Below, piece by piece: positions 14,020 through 27,493 of a stretch of DNA of 64,000 nucleotides. The notes beneath the pieces are model-generated. The model made no database searches and was not told where the DNA came from. It worked only from the letters and a program-made list of their open reading frames with translations. The stretch covers positions 44,803,596 to 44,867,595 of the forward strand of contig NC_068992.1 in the NCBI RefSeq assembly GCF_001194135.2. Reading direction: 5' to 3'. The stretch comes from Octopus bimaculoides. Its lineage: Eukaryota. The number at the start of each line of letters is the position of its first letter. Within the stretch, counting starts at the first letter, position 1. The translations under genes and the position numbers were made by a program.

Positions 14020-15050
14020 AAGGTATTCTAACCCAGAATCATATCCAGTTTCTTCTGTCTGAATATAATCCATCACAAATCCTGCACATACTGTTTCATG
14101 AAGTCCTTTATTGACACAGTCAAAGAAATAACAAGTCTCTCTACTAAAAATATATTTGCTATGACATAGCATAGTAGGCGACCTATTCTTTGATTACCCG
14201 TACTACTATAGACTATATACCACTAGAAGAAGGTCCTCTCGAGCGTATTTATTCGAAATAAATACTGCTACGACATTGTGCTCCAAAAGGATGTGAGAAA
14301 GAAGATCAGTTATGTAGAAAATTATAGATACAGATTTGATATATCTGACGGTGACATTACAAAACCTCGAATGCCCCTTCTTGTTTAGTCCTAATGTACT
14401 ACGTAACAAAAATACACCGCTTTGCAAAGCTATTGGAACAATAATTGTGTTTCTTATGATTTCACAGCTTGTCTGAAACTATTTCCATAATGAGCATCTG
14501 CAGGTTTCTGGATCTACGGTGACATTTTCCTTACCGAGTCCTTTTTCTGTCAGAATGTTTTCTATTGTGGAGCCATGCAGTCTGTAGTAGAAGCTAATTG
14601 CATGATTCTAATTATCTTAGTAATTTCAGTTCCACATTAAATGTAAAAGTCTACATAAGAGTACTTTAATCACAATATCCACTGATATATGTAAGAGATA
14701 AATATATTATTAGATATTCTAATTTAATTCCCGAAGCAAAACTTTTCCTTCTTAGAGTCAGACACAGTCTATTTCATAGTTTAAATCCAAGCCAGAAATG
14801 CATTTCGAATTAAGAATTATTTTAAAGTGCGTGCGTTATATTCTATCTTCTTTTTCTTTTGTAACAACTTCAATTCTTTAAATCTTTCTCAACGCCATCT
14901 CCTTCCACTGTTATTCATCTGCCGATTTCTCAACTGCACCCATCAGAATTCCAAACCTTTTCTGTTCAACGTTCTCGTTATCGAGTGAAATTAGATTTTG
15001 ATTGAGAAATAATTGTGCTTTGCTTGGCTCAGAGAGATCAATAATTCATT
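14020..15050 (-). mobile_element. Decayed LINE reverse transcriptase fragment
   Basis: Minus-strand frames give, in the expected order, RRKSFASGIKLEYL (KSPGPDGI..E.L), QSGVFLLRSTL (QSGF..GRST), KSVSIIF and VNKGLHETV (V..GV.QG). Confidence 0.5.
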
Positions 15051-15299
15051 AATACTGCAAGATTTGAGAATAATAAGCAAAGAAGAGGATAAAAAATATC
15101 AGGGATAATTGTTACTTTCTGCAAAGCACAATTATGGTTCTGGATTATATAAGTTGCACATCTCATTTATATTCATGTATACATATATATACGTGCATTA
15201 ATTCATTGACCTTCGTATATTTTCTTTTATCCAAAGCCAGGAACTTTTCAGCATCTCCTCGTATACATACTACATGTATGTGTGTGTGTCTGTGTGTAT

Positions 15300-15302
<3 letters not shown>

Positions 15303-15381
<79 letters not shown>
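15303..15381. repeat. (CA)n(TA)n compound microsatellite
   Basis: Seen directly. Confidence 0.97.
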
Positions 15382-15384
<3 letters not shown>

Positions 15385-15854
15385 TACATACACACGCACA
15401 CATATATATACATACATACCATATATATGTTTGTCTGTGTGAGTATGTATATATATAAATAAATCTCAGGGTAGCAAAAAAATTTAGAAAATAATATGGC
15501 AGGCTTATATCATGTCATACAAAATATCCCGCTTTCTTTTGGAGTACCTGTCTTAGGTCTCAGAAGCTTACACATTCATTTTCAATGAAAAACACGTGAT
15601 ATATAAGTGTATGCATTAAAAAAGCAAACACTGGGGCAATATTTTATCTTTGTTACCAGATGAACGCACACCACAGAATAAAAAAACTCACAAACGAGAA
15701 CGGGGTTTCATTCATCAAAACAGAACACCGAAAGAGGGTCGTAGAAATGAAAGAAAAGAAATTACATCAACAGTGGTGCACAACGTAGCAAGAGTTTCTA
15801 GCAACAAGAAATAAAATTATATCTATATGTGCATGTGCGAGTGAGAGTGAGAGA

Positions 15855-15892
<38 letters not shown>

Positions 15893-16004
15893 CAGACAGA
15901 CAGACAGAGGAAGAAAGATCGTGTATGCATGAGCGTGTATTTGTGTATGTGTGTGCGTATGAGCCTGTGTGTTAGTGTGATTAAGAATATTGATTCTCAA
16001 ACAT

Positions 16005-16320
16005 TTCGTCTTCGATTCAGTCCCACTGCACGGCGCTTTGGTCGGGTGTTTTGCATTATAGCCCCAAGGCGAACCAAGAAGCGCGTCGTATATGTATGGA
16101 TGTCTGTATGTATATGTTTATGCGTATACCCGTATATACCCGTAGTTGTGTCTTTTATGTTTGTTTGGTGTACCTCACCACCACTTCACAACTGATATTG
16201 GCTTGTTTCCATCTCTGTAAATTAGCGGTTCGACAGAAACGACTGATAGAAAAAGTATCGGGCTTCAGAAATTCGATTAACCACTTGAAGATGGTTCTAA
16301 ACCATGGTCGCAGTGAATCG
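16005..16320 (+). mobile_element. tRNA-derived SINE, family B (diverged, with internal TA/TG tract)
   Basis: TTCAGTCCCACTGCACGGCGC head block and TTAGCGGTTCGACAGAAACGACTGATAGAAAAAGTA 3' block, shared with copies at 25765, 33795, 34030 and 60620. Confidence 0.7.
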
Positions 16321-17329
16321 TGCATATACAGATATTTTTTTAGGAACACATATTTCGTTTATGGTGCTTTAATAAGAGTAGGTGAGGCATCAAGTATAAT
16401 CCTCTTCCTAGGCTCAGGAACTCTATGAATGTAAAGAGGCAGATATCTTCCGGCCAGAAGCCTTACCACGGGTTTTAAAATAGAATGAACCCTGTTAAAA
16501 TTACCCATGTTTCAAAGGAATGCAACGTTAAATAGAATGAGGAATTGATCCACACAGCTAGATTTTATTCTGCTTTCATCTACCAAATTTTGTTGATAAG
16601 ACATACTAGAGCTTTAGCTTAGCAATCTAAGTACTTGACACAGATTGTCTTAATTCTTGAGAAAAAAAAATTCTTTTGCTTGGTGTATATATTCATGAGT
16701 GAAGGAAACGTTTCGTGGATCTACACAAATTAACTCTAATTTTCTAATTTTTTTTCTTTTTACAGATATGACACGGCCTACACATCAAATGTCTTTCACA
16801 AGGATATTATATTTCTATTCTGGAAACGTATGGAGAAAACAAATTTTCAGCGATAATTCGGCAGAAGCAATCAGTCCATTAGTGAAAACAGATTCAAGAA
16901 GACAGGAATATGTTTTGTTCATAGAATTTTTTATAATTCAGATTGAGATAAAGATTCGATTCTATTGATTGCAGTGCGTCAGTCGAGACAGAAGCTAACG
17001 GGCTGGAACCAGAAACAGTGTGAAAGTCTGTATACACTAACAGACAGCACATATGTACACATATCTATGTGTGAATGACTATACATATATAATCTAGCCA
17101 TTCATAATTACTGAAAAAGAATATATGTATAAAGGAAAAGGAGGAAGAAAGAAAGGAGGAGAGGGAGAGACTGCGTGTGAGTAAATGAACGGGGTTGATT
17201 GCAGTTTTATCGAATTTATCGTCAATGAAAGTACACAAGTATAAATGCATAATCATATTACTGGAAGAATATGATGTACTGAAGAGGATACATACAGGCA
17301 TACATATATAAATACGTACATACGTACGT

Positions 17330-17356
17330 GAATACATACATACATACATACATACA

Positions 17357-17453
<97 letters not shown>

Positions 17454-17476
17454 TTATATATCATTATATGTATGTT

Positions 17477-17510
<34 letters not shown>
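17330..17510. repeat. (TACA)n/(TA)n/(TG)n compound microsatellite
   Basis: Seen directly. Confidence 0.97.
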
Positions 17511-17513
<3 letters not shown>

Positions 17514-18306
17514 TGGAAGAGAATACCTCAAATTAATTTCAAATAACTGTAAAATTGCTGTAAGCTATAATCTAAGCAAATGCATTCATATCCAATAATG
17601 TAATAAAACAATAAAAAATGGAAAATTAAAAACCAAATATAACAAATATTATATCCAAAATCAAAATTGAATTTCTATAACCCAAATACAGAAACTACAA
17701 TATATGTGAAAATAAACAGCTTTACTATAATAATATTTATTTTGATGGACAGTTATGTGAAATATTTCGTTAGAGTAGGCTTTTTTCACTTCAGATTCCC
17801 GCATTTTAATCATGCTGTCGCCAAATTAAATTTTTTGATTATTGTACCTGGTGCATAACCTTTCTATTAATCATTTTATGTATTTGTTTCCTTGAAATGC
17901 AATCCACTACTTGTAGAACTTCTGGTCCAGAAGTAAGCTATAAAAAGAATTTTTTCTTTAACTCTTTAAATGTAACAATTGATAAAAACCCAAATTTGTT
18001 GACGAAAAAGTTCTATTGATGGTTATAAGGACAAACTCATTGGCAGACACATATATTGCATATGTTATATAATGAAGTGAAGTACAGGGATTAGTTGATA
18101 TTATGCAATTAATTAAGAGACAAAATATTCGTGTATTAAGTGTTGATAATGTGAGAACTAAATTTAGGAGTGATAGCACGAATAAAATCGATGTATAACT
18201 CAAGCCTAATATATATATCATTGAAACCCAATAGGAGAGAGGAGATTTTTCACATCCACAACTCTTTTATTAACAAATTTTTCCACAGTATATATAACAA
18301 TGACCA

Positions 18307-18528
18307 GCATATATCCGCTAACTTCACGATAAGTCCTTCTATTGCTCTCTGCCCTCCAACTTCACGTCACACTATCAACAGATTGTACCTTCCACCATTT
18401 ATGACCTCATTTTACCCTCATGTCTTCTCCGGACTTCTTCCATCATTATTGTCTGTACCCCACACATTCCTACTATTTACTTCCTTCCTCAAATCTACAA
18501 GCCTAACAAACCTGGCCGCTCCATCGTT
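18307..18528 (+). mobile_element. Penelope-like element RT fragment
   Basis: Translates AYIR*LHDKSFYCSLPSNFTSHYQQIV...TPHIPTIYFLPQIYKPNKPGRSIV, matching the PLE motif P.TP..Y.LPKIHKP..PGRPIVS. Confidence 0.8.
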
Positions 18529-18659
18529 CATGAACTAAAGGGAGATTATTTTTGTTTAGGTCCTGCGCATCGTTAACTAAACCAAAGGAAAACCCATGAC
18601 AAGTTTTTCTTTCAAGATCTATGTCAAATATCTATTTCAGGATTTTGGTTATACTTAAA

Positions 18660-19720
18660 AAAGGTTCGGCACAGTTCCCAATCCAGGATTAGAAGCCTTC
18701 CTACATAGAATTTCCCACATAATGAATAGAGACTAACAGCAAAGCTGGTTATTTTTAGGGCACTTACGATATGTTACATTTGTTATTTATACCATTTATA
18801 GCTACAACTCTTGTCTTTGTCATAAAGATCTACTCTTGGAAAGATATAATTTCATTTACTATTTGAACTCTTTCACGAAACAGGATCCTCATATTTTTCT
18901 CCGGTCAAAAGCTACTGCACCGCTTATTCCTAATATTGTTCTATTTCTTGTAATGAGATGATATTATGAATGAAAGGCACGTGTCGTAGTGGCAATGGTA
19001 TTCAGCTCACGATCATAAGGCCATTATTCTGATTCTTGACGGCACATTGTGCCCTTAAGCCGGAAAATTTATTTCATGTTGCTCCAGTCCACTCAGCTAG
19101 CAAGAATGAACTGCACTTTTAGTTCAATGGGCCAGTTTCGTGATATTCAGTGTGTCACGCTGGATGTCTCTGAGAACTACATTAGTGGTATGCGTGTCTA
19201 TGGCGTGTTCAGCTCGCAAAGTTAACGTACAAATTGTACCTTAACTTTACGAGCTGATCGAGTATTCTAGAACATTCGTCATCGAAACCGAGGGAGAGCC
19301 AGATCACATCTGCAATATTTTACAATTTAAACCAAAACCTTAAATTTCAATAAAAGAAATATACTATATTCCTTAATATAAACTTAACTGAATGCTGTGT
19401 CGTTAGAAAGAGACACAATATACCTTAGCAAGAACAATATACCAGATACATTGGTTCCTGTATTGTTGTTAGTTGTTCAAAGATCTGAGCTATTCATTTC
19501 CTTATACCATTTAATGCCAAAGAAATTAAAACTTCTCGGGAATTGAAATAATAGGTTTTATTCATATAAACCAGAACGTATTAATTAAAATAAAACCACA
19601 ATGGTAAGAAATCAAGATTCATTAATATAAAGTGAATTATTTTAATTCCAATAATGAATTTGCAACTAATTTAATATTCATCGCCTTTAACTCTAACAAT
19701 AAAACATTTTGTACAATATA
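18660..19720 (-). mobile_element. CR1/L2-like LINE RT remnant interrupted by a SINE
   Basis: Minus frames: KPIISIPEKF (RPISLTSIPCK), RNQC (NQ.GF), then beyond the SINE KTRVVAINGINNK...VP...SWIGNCAE (RVVING.S.W..V.SGVPQG...S.I..FADD). Confidence 0.55.
18975..19230 (+). mobile_element. Diverged tRNA-derived SINE sharing the family C 3' tail
   Basis: A-box-like TGTCGTAGTGG head; TGTGTCACGCTGGATGTCTCTGAGAACTACATTA matches the 3' part of the SINE at 32857-33237. Confidence 0.65.
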
Positions 19721-20004
19721 GGAATTAAGGGAGATATATGTGTTTGTTATAGACATCTATACTAGCACTGTGTCGTTCATTTATTAGCGTGGATGGATAT
19801 TGTCAATTGAATCGACTCTCATCTTAGTATCAATTCTGTGTTATGCCAATAAACTTTTCATGAATCTTAATGGTATGAATATTTTAGTTCACCCCGGTGG
19901 GTTTTGAACTCGGAATGTGGTATATTTACTGCAATATATATGTTTATTGTTGCTACACATCATCTCCCTTAACAACAAATAGGAAACGTAGAATGCAATA
20001 AATC

Positions 20005-20175
20005 ACAATGAAATAATAATGGCAAAAGCCAACAATTTGGCAGAAAGGGATAAGTCGATTACATCGACTCCGGTGCCCAAATGGCACTTGGTGGAATTTT
20101 CACTAAAAGCGCAAGGATGGGCGAAATGCCGCTAAGCATTTAGCCTGGAGTGCTAACGAGTCTGCCAGCTCATCA
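20005..20175 (-). mobile_element. tRNA-derived SINE, family A
   Basis: Reverse complement GAGCTGGCAGACTCGTTAGCACTCCAGGCTAAATGCTTAGCGGCATTTCG...GTCGATGTAATCGACTT matches the other family A copies. Confidence 0.85.
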
Positions 20176-20551
20176 CCTCCACACATTTTTCCACAGTAAA
20201 GTCAACATCAATGGACGGGTATAAGGATATTACGTTCATTCCACCTATGATACATTCCGTGAAGTCGTAAAATTGGTTGAATTCATTGATTCTGCTGAGG
20301 AGGTCCTCTGTGCTGCCACACACATCCGGGGACATTTTGATGAAACAGGTGGTCAAACATCCTAGGGGCAAAAAGGCACACGAGCAGCAACTTCTAGGTC
20401 ACTAATAATGACATCCCGCCATTGTATGGGCTCCGCAAGGACCATAAGGCGACCACTGACCCAGTGATAGGACCACCAACGAACCAATATTGGCGACAAC
20501 TACCGGATCTCTTACTTCCTGTCAATGATCATACGCCCTCTGATCAAAATG
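20176..20551. mobile_element. Penelope-like element RT fragment with an internal inversion
   Basis: Plus strand 20342-20551: RWSNILGAKR...NNDIPPLYGLRKDHK...GPPT / NIGDNYRISYFLSMIIRPLIKM. Minus strand 20341-20176: IKMSPDVCGSTEDLLSRINEFN...IGGMNVISLYPSIDVDFTVEKC (PLE RT motif DV.SLY). Confidence 0.85.
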
Positions 20552-21289
20552 GTGCCCCCATATAATCCCTGATCTGTAGAACCTATTTTTTCGATAGGTC
20601 CCCATGTACAAACAGTGTAATATACACAGAATAGACGAATATGCAAATAACTATGATAAATATTTTTAAAAATTAGAGAGAAATAAGAAAATAAATAAAG
20701 CTGTATAAAGGACATAAATGCAAACAACATAGTAAATGAACCAATATACAGGCACATACACACATACAGTAACTTCACAAATGGCCGAAATAACATCGAC
20801 AAAAAAACAACAAAAAAAAACAACAGCAACAACAACTACCACGATGGCAGCTGTGTGGGCGAACACACAGACAGATACAAGAACGGTATCAAAAGTCGGG
20901 ATGAAGGCCAGCAGTAGCGGCAACGGGAGAGGGTGCGAGGCTGAAGGGAGGGTCATAGAGCTACTATGAACAACCACACACACACGCACACACACAAATA
21001 CACACCCATATGTACAAACACATACACAAACGTACACACACACACATACACAAACATACACACACACACCCAAGTACAGTCGCAAACGCATGCGCATATA
21101 AGGATAGACATCATAGAAGAACAGAATGAACAAATCGGAGTAAGCGCTCACACGAGGACGGAATGTGTCGCTGAAGAGTTCACAGATATGCGACGTGAGA
21201 TTTCTGTACAATAGATATGTGTTAGAATAAGAACAGTAATAAACCTGTCACAAGTAACTGGCACTAGATTTTTCCGGCTGAATTCCCAA

Positions 21290-21600
21290 GAGTGGCCAAT
21301 TGAGACTATGGATATTATCCAACCGAGTTACTTCGACTTCAACAGCCCAAATTTCTGGCCTTGTAATACCCCGTTTGCAATCCCATAGATAAGTATGTGT
21401 GGGGCACGGTTCAGAGAGACAAAGACACCAATCGCACTGCCTGCAGACCCAAGGGCAAGCTGGTGGCCTAGATGAAGGAGGCGTTCAAAGATATGATATT
21501 CCTAGGAACACTGTGAGGAACATGTACGCCAAGTACCAGAGCTATCTTCAGGTTGTTAGGGAAGCTAAGGGCGCTACTTTGTGTAAACTGTTGTCTCCCA
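21290..21600 (+). mobile_element. Tc1/mariner maT (DD37D-type) transposase C-terminal remnant
   Basis: Reads FNSPNFWPCNTP...YVWGTVQR..TNRTACRPKGKLVA*MKEAFKDM..PRNTVRNMYAKYQSYLQVVREAKG, matching the maT pattern WPPNSPD.NP.DY.VWG...ACARFR.RLEAVVEA.G. Confidence 0.75.
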
Positions 21601-21737
21601 ACCTTAATCTAGTTCATATTTTCCGGGTGCTTTAAAAAATACCTTTATTTTTGTATAGCACATTGTGTCTTCTTTTCATTTTATGCAATCTGTAAAATTT
21701 AACCTGAACATCCTATATATGTATGCGTGTATGTATG

Positions 21738-21768
<31 letters not shown>

Positions 21769-22546
21769 ATGTGTATGTATGTATGTATGTATATGTGTAT
21801 GCATGCATGTCTACATGTATATATTCTTACACATAAGCATACATAACGGTGTATGTATATTTGTCGCATGTAAATATATCTCCTGATCTATCCATCTGTC
21901 TATATATGAGTGTATTTTTATGTTTATATATACTTGTGTATGTGCGTATGATATATGTCGACACATATCATACACATATAAGCACGTGTGCGTGTGTGGA
22001 CCTGTGCTTGTAAACATAGCATTATACTTGCATGAATGTGAAAGACATTGGTGAAAAAATATTTAATGAACTAATTTTTGGATGATTTTATTTTTTATTA
22101 TTTCGTTAATTTTTGGTTTTCATTGAAATTACATTCCTCTAAATCATCTAATAAGATTTTAACTTTAGTTACCTTTTTTCTTCTTCTGAACATCGAAACA
22201 ATCTCGCACATCTGACTTTTAAAAAGTAATTATGCACATCTTCATCTAATTTGAATTGACGCAACTGTATTTTCTCAAATAAAAATATACATACTATTTT
22301 TTTAAACAAACTGTCTCGCTACTCATACTTAGGCAGTAGTACACCAATTAAACTCCTAACAGGGCAAAACTGCATCGTGATTTCAGTAATCTCTTCTGAA
22401 ACAGTCACTTAACTTGTGTCCATTTACTTGTCCTTGTTCGAGTCACACTGTTAAAACCACATTTTAGTCTACGTATAAATCTTCAAGTTAAATATATAAT
22501 ATATACATAAACACGCACACATGTATATGTGCGTGCGCCTGTATGT

Positions 22547-22594
<48 letters not shown>

Positions 22595-23085
22595 NNNNNN
22601 NNNNNNNNNNNNNNNNNNNNNNNNNNNNNNNNNNNNNNNNNNNNNNNNNNNNNNNNNNNNNNNNNNNNNNNNNNNNNNNNNNNNNNNNNNNNNNNNNNNN
22701 NNNNNNNNNNNNNNNNNNNNNNNNNNNNNNNNNNNNNNNNNNNNNNNNNNNNNNNNNNNNNNNNNNNNNNNNNNNNNNNNNNNNNNNNNNNNNNNNNNNN
22801 NNNNNNNNNNNNNNNNNNNNNNNNNNNNNNNNNNNNNNNNNNNNNNNNNNNNNNNNNNNNNNNNNNNNNNNNNNNNNNNNNNNNNNNNNNNNNNNNNNNN
22901 NNNNNNNNNNNNNNNNNNNNNNNNNNNNNNNNNNNNNNNNNNNNNNNNNNNNNNNNNNNNNNNNNNNNNNNNNNNNNNNNNNNNNNNNNNNNNNNNNNNN
23001 NNNNNNNNNNNNNNNNNNNNNNNNATATATATATATAGATAGATAGATAGATACATACATACATACATACATATATATATGTACA

Positions 23086-23116
<31 letters not shown>

Positions 23117-25764
23117 GTACTCAAATATCATCAGCTGATATTAAGGATGCCCAACACTTGAAGTACAACCAATCCAACTGAATAACATTTCATATATGCC
23201 TCCTTCTTTATACCGATAAGACAGTGCTAGTCGAAAATAACCAAAACTGTGTTGGATTATCTTACGGTTCTCTCTCAGCTAATATAGAAATACAAAATGT
23301 TTTTCTAGAAATCTTGAGTTCTCATCATTTGGGAAGAATCGACCAATCTGTTAAGTCTTTTATAGTGAATTAAGTTTGTAGCTTTCAGTATGTGCTGTAT
23401 TATTTTACTCTGTACTCTATTATTAGTTATCTCACTTATCTATCGTCAGATTCATATTAGATTTTGACTCAAGGAATCTCAAGGTATCTCACGGATGATT
23501 TCTTATTCACAATTATTTGGCGGCTAATAAGATTGATATGTTACTGCAAGTAGCATTATTTAGTGAGATATGAAATTAGTTCATGGCAGAAACGACAATA
23601 TCATGCGTTTGCAATCTCTAGATAAAGCAAAAGATTGGATTCTGCTTACAAGGACCATAGTGAATAAATATAGATAAATATGCGTTAGCCCAGTCGGCTA
23701 GATGTAGAAGTTTTGAGCCAAAACAGTACAGTATTTAACGTTCTTCAACGTTCTAAATACAAATACTATGCGGGTGTTCGCCTTGCTGTCCTCTGTATCT
23801 CTGTTTTCCATTAACTATGTAGAGTATCAGTAAGATATCTGGGTCGATTCTTCGATTAAGACACATTTGTTGCTTTTATTCCCAAACGAAAAGTGATTGA
23901 CAAGTTGGAAATAATTGTGGAAGTGTATGAGGTGTTAGAAATGACATATCAGCGCTGGTGTGGACATTTGGCTGAAGTTACATATCTTCACAAGATATTG
24001 ACATTTAGAATTTTATCTTATTAATTCAAATCCAGTGAATACAAAACAGAAAGCAGGAAAAACATATGCAAACATTCACTTTGATAGGCTAGTGACGCAT
24101 GCAGGATCTCTTCTGTCCTTCCTCAATTGCAATTAAATTGGATGTTAGCATCTTAGCATCATGTCATAAAGGAATTAAACATGCACACACATATACGCAC
24201 GCACGCGCGTTTATATATGTATATCTGATTATACATGACTTTGAACAAGTAAGAATGAATATATTATGTCATCTAAAATTTGACATGCAGCTCAATGAGT
24301 TAAGGAACGAACGATTTCTCTACAAATTTCAATTAATTATTTGAAAACCAATCTGAAGAAATAGGCGACAAATAATTGTCGGCTTTCCAGTTTCTCTTTT
24401 GCATGAGGTTCTTCAAAGTCATGTATGAATGCAATGACATTATTTCATTTTTGTTTCTACTGAATACTTAAGATAAACTCTGTCACAGCAAATATCTCTC
24501 ATGAATATTTATAAGACTAACTGGACAATATCACTAGGCACTTTATTAAAATTTGTAATAAAATTTTGACACTATGAATGAATAATCAAATACAGTGACA
24601 ACATGGAGAGATGAACACTTGGAATGTTTTCGCAATTGCTCTCCATGCGAAGGTGACTGGCGCACAGTCCACAAATACTCTTAATAAAACCTCCCGCCAT
24701 AATAAAGCAATAATGAATNNNNNNNNNNNNNNNNNNNNNNNNNNNNNNNNNNNNNNNNNNNNNNNNNNNNNNNNNNNNNNNNNNNNNNNNNNNNNNNNNN
24801 NNNNNNNNNNNNNNNNNNNNNNNNNNNNNNNNNNNNNNNNNNNNNNNNNNNNNNNNNNNNNNNNNNNNNNNNNNNNNNNNNNNNNNNNNNNNNNNNNNNN
24901 NNNNNNNNNNNNNNNNNNNNNNNNNNNNNNNNNNNNNNNNNNNNNNNNNNNNNNNNNNNNNNNNNNNNNNNNNNNNNNNNNNNNNNNNNNNNNNNNNNNN
25001 NNNNNNNNNNNNTATATATATATATATATATATGTATATATCTGCCAGATCAAGACTATCTGAATGTCAACGATATATCTGACCTTCAGGAAACATGTAA
25101 TTTGAAACGGTCGCTGTTTCTCTATTTCTATCTTTGATGTGTGTCTGTAGATAAAAGAAAACCTGAAGTGGGAAGTTAACAGATGTAATTGGTAGGCTTT
25201 TGACGTAAGACGTATCTTAACGGTCTTCCTTGTTACTGCAGCACGGGTATTGTTGCTGGATTTGAAAGATTGAATTGATGAGTGCATAACTACATCTTAT
25301 TATGATGCAGACCAGCAAAAAGCTAAAGAACAAAAGAGGGAAGGAAAGAAAAGGAAACATAGTAGGAGGGAGAGTCGGTTAATAATATTATATCTACATT
25401 TACTGGGTTATTTAAAAGAAAATAAAAACTTGCCCACCCCAATTTATTTTCTTCAATTTCCCTATTCCACCGGTTCCGCAGCCTTTATATGCTTTTTTCT
25501 TCTTGAAGTTTTCCTTTTGGCACCGATGTATCTAGGATGGATATATATATATTTATTATATGATAGTTGTCAGTCAACGCGGAGTTTTATCCTTAGCTAG
25601 CTGTTCTAAACAGCCGAACTAAAGGTGAAACTTAGTGCAAACTCACGATGTTGATACAATAGATACCTACATACATACATACGTATGTATGTATGTATGT
25701 ATGTATGTATGTATGTATGCATATGTATACATAAACATTAAATATATTCTTTTATACTTTTACA

Positions 25765-26130
25765 TGTTTAAGCCATTTGACTGCGGCCATGCTGGAGTAC
25801 CACCTTTAGCTGAGCAAATCGAATTATTCTTTGTAAGACTAGGACTTATTCTATCGGTGTATTTTGCCGAACCGCTCAGTTACGGGGATGTAAACACAAC
25901 AGCAGCGGTTGTCAAGCGATGTTTAGGGGACAAACACAGACACAAACGTATCAACACAAATACACGAATATCTCTAGAGTGGGTTGCACTCGTACTCATT
26001 TTCAGCTATTTAAACTTGGGACAACTTAACATGAAGGTACTTACTCAAGGACACAACGCAAGCCTCGTTCAGGAACTGAACTCTCGACAATATGATCCGG
26101 GGCCTAATATGTTAACCACTAAGATACTTG
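25765..26130 (-). mobile_element. tRNA-derived SINE, family B
   Basis: Plus-strand CATTTGACTGCGGCCATGCTGGAG...CCGAACCGCTCAGTTACGGGGATGTAAACAC...GTTGTCAAGCGATG is the reverse complement of the family B 3' block; an inverted tRNA-like head lies near 26050-26125. Confidence 0.8.
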
Positions 26131-27317
26131 CCTTCACTTGGAATTGCAAGTTGATAAATAAAAAGAACAAAATATATAAAAATGGATACTGATATATGTC
26201 TGCGCAGAGAGATTTGTGGATCAGTAAAGAAATTTGTAAGTGTAAATAGATTTATGTCGTAGAGTTAGCAATACTAACGTTTAATATTTAAGAAAAATTT
26301 ACAGTTCAAAAAGTAGTTTCAAATATTTCCTTCGTCTCGAAGTTTTTTACTGAACGTATTCTGAAAGTTTCATGTCAAAATAGTCACAGAGAAACTTAGA
26401 TGTCATTTAGTTTTAGATATTTTTGTTTTTGAGTAATTTTATTATTGCTCTTTGACACATATTTTACATGTTTATTGCTGAGATTCTTTAAACTTCTCAA
26501 TCAGAACAGATTCACAGAATATCTTACATGATAAAAAATATTCTGTTTAGTAAATCCATGTCTACAAAAAAAAACCCAAGCTGGGTCTTGAAGTGTATAA
26601 ACATAATTGAATCTGAGATATATGGCTCAACTGAATCTCAGGGAGAATAATAAAAATAATGATTTCAAAATTTGGCACAACATAAGCAATTTTATTGAGA
26701 GTAGATTTGTCAACACCGTCGACTCCAGTACGTGACTGATGCATTATTTTGACAGTCTCATAAAGTTGCAAGGCAAAGTTGATATTGGTGTTATTTAAAA
26801 TCAGAAAATAAAACCAGAAAGATGCCGCTCCGCATTTTGACCGTGGTGCTAATGATTCTGTATGCTCCTTTAAAGACATAATTTTAAACTTATTTGTAAC
26901 TTTTGCGAAGGGAGCGTCATTTCTAATTGAACCTTCTCTTTCTTTCTTCGAAATTGTACCCATTTGTGTGGTGGTCATAGTGGTGGTGATGATATTTTTC
27001 TGGCACAGTTGGCTGCTGCTAGTAATGTTCCGTGCTTCCTTGATTGTCATTACTCCTCACACTCCTCCTACTATTACCACTATCATTTGCATCTAGAGTG
27101 AATGTGGGCGAGCCACGGCAGAAGACAATTTCCCGTTCCAAACCTCCCATTCCCCTCTCTTGTTGATTCGCTGACGAAGACGACGACGCCATATTAAATC
27201 TTGAAAGGGCAAAAAACTAACACTGTTAATCAGACCAATATGGTCTAGATTAACTTAGTCACAAGTTATAACAATAAAATGTAACAATGGCGATCTGTTT
27301 TTAGATGAACAAGGCAC

Positions 27318-27431
27318 ACATTTAGGGATCTCCGAAAGGATGAAACGTAAAGTCGACCTCGGTGGAATTTGAACTCAGAACATAGCAACGGGCGAAATAC
27401 CGTGATAACGATTCTACCAGCTCGGCTCCCT

Positions 27432-27432
<1 letters not shown>
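27318..27432 (-). mobile_element. tRNA-derived SINE, family A (5' half)
   Basis: GAAAGGATGAAACGTAAAGTCGACCTCGGTGGAATTTGAACTCAGAAC...GATTCTACCAGCTCG is the reverse complement of the family A head and body. Confidence 0.85.

Positions 27433-27493
<61 letters not shown>

Noticed and set aside
21170-21210. CTGAAGAG-TTCACAGATATG-CGACGT as a second hammerhead, possibly a PLE terminal-repeat relic
   Set aside because: There is no GAAA and no intact stem II; two separate deletions would have to be assumed.
22038-22056. TGAAAGACATTGG, partly resembling miR-71
   Set aside because: It diverges after about 10 nt and has no precursor hairpin.
24598-24654. Cys-containing frame TTWRDEHLECFRNCSPCEG reminiscent of a TNFR repeat
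   Set aside because: Weak acceptor, only three cysteines, and no supporting neighbouring exons.
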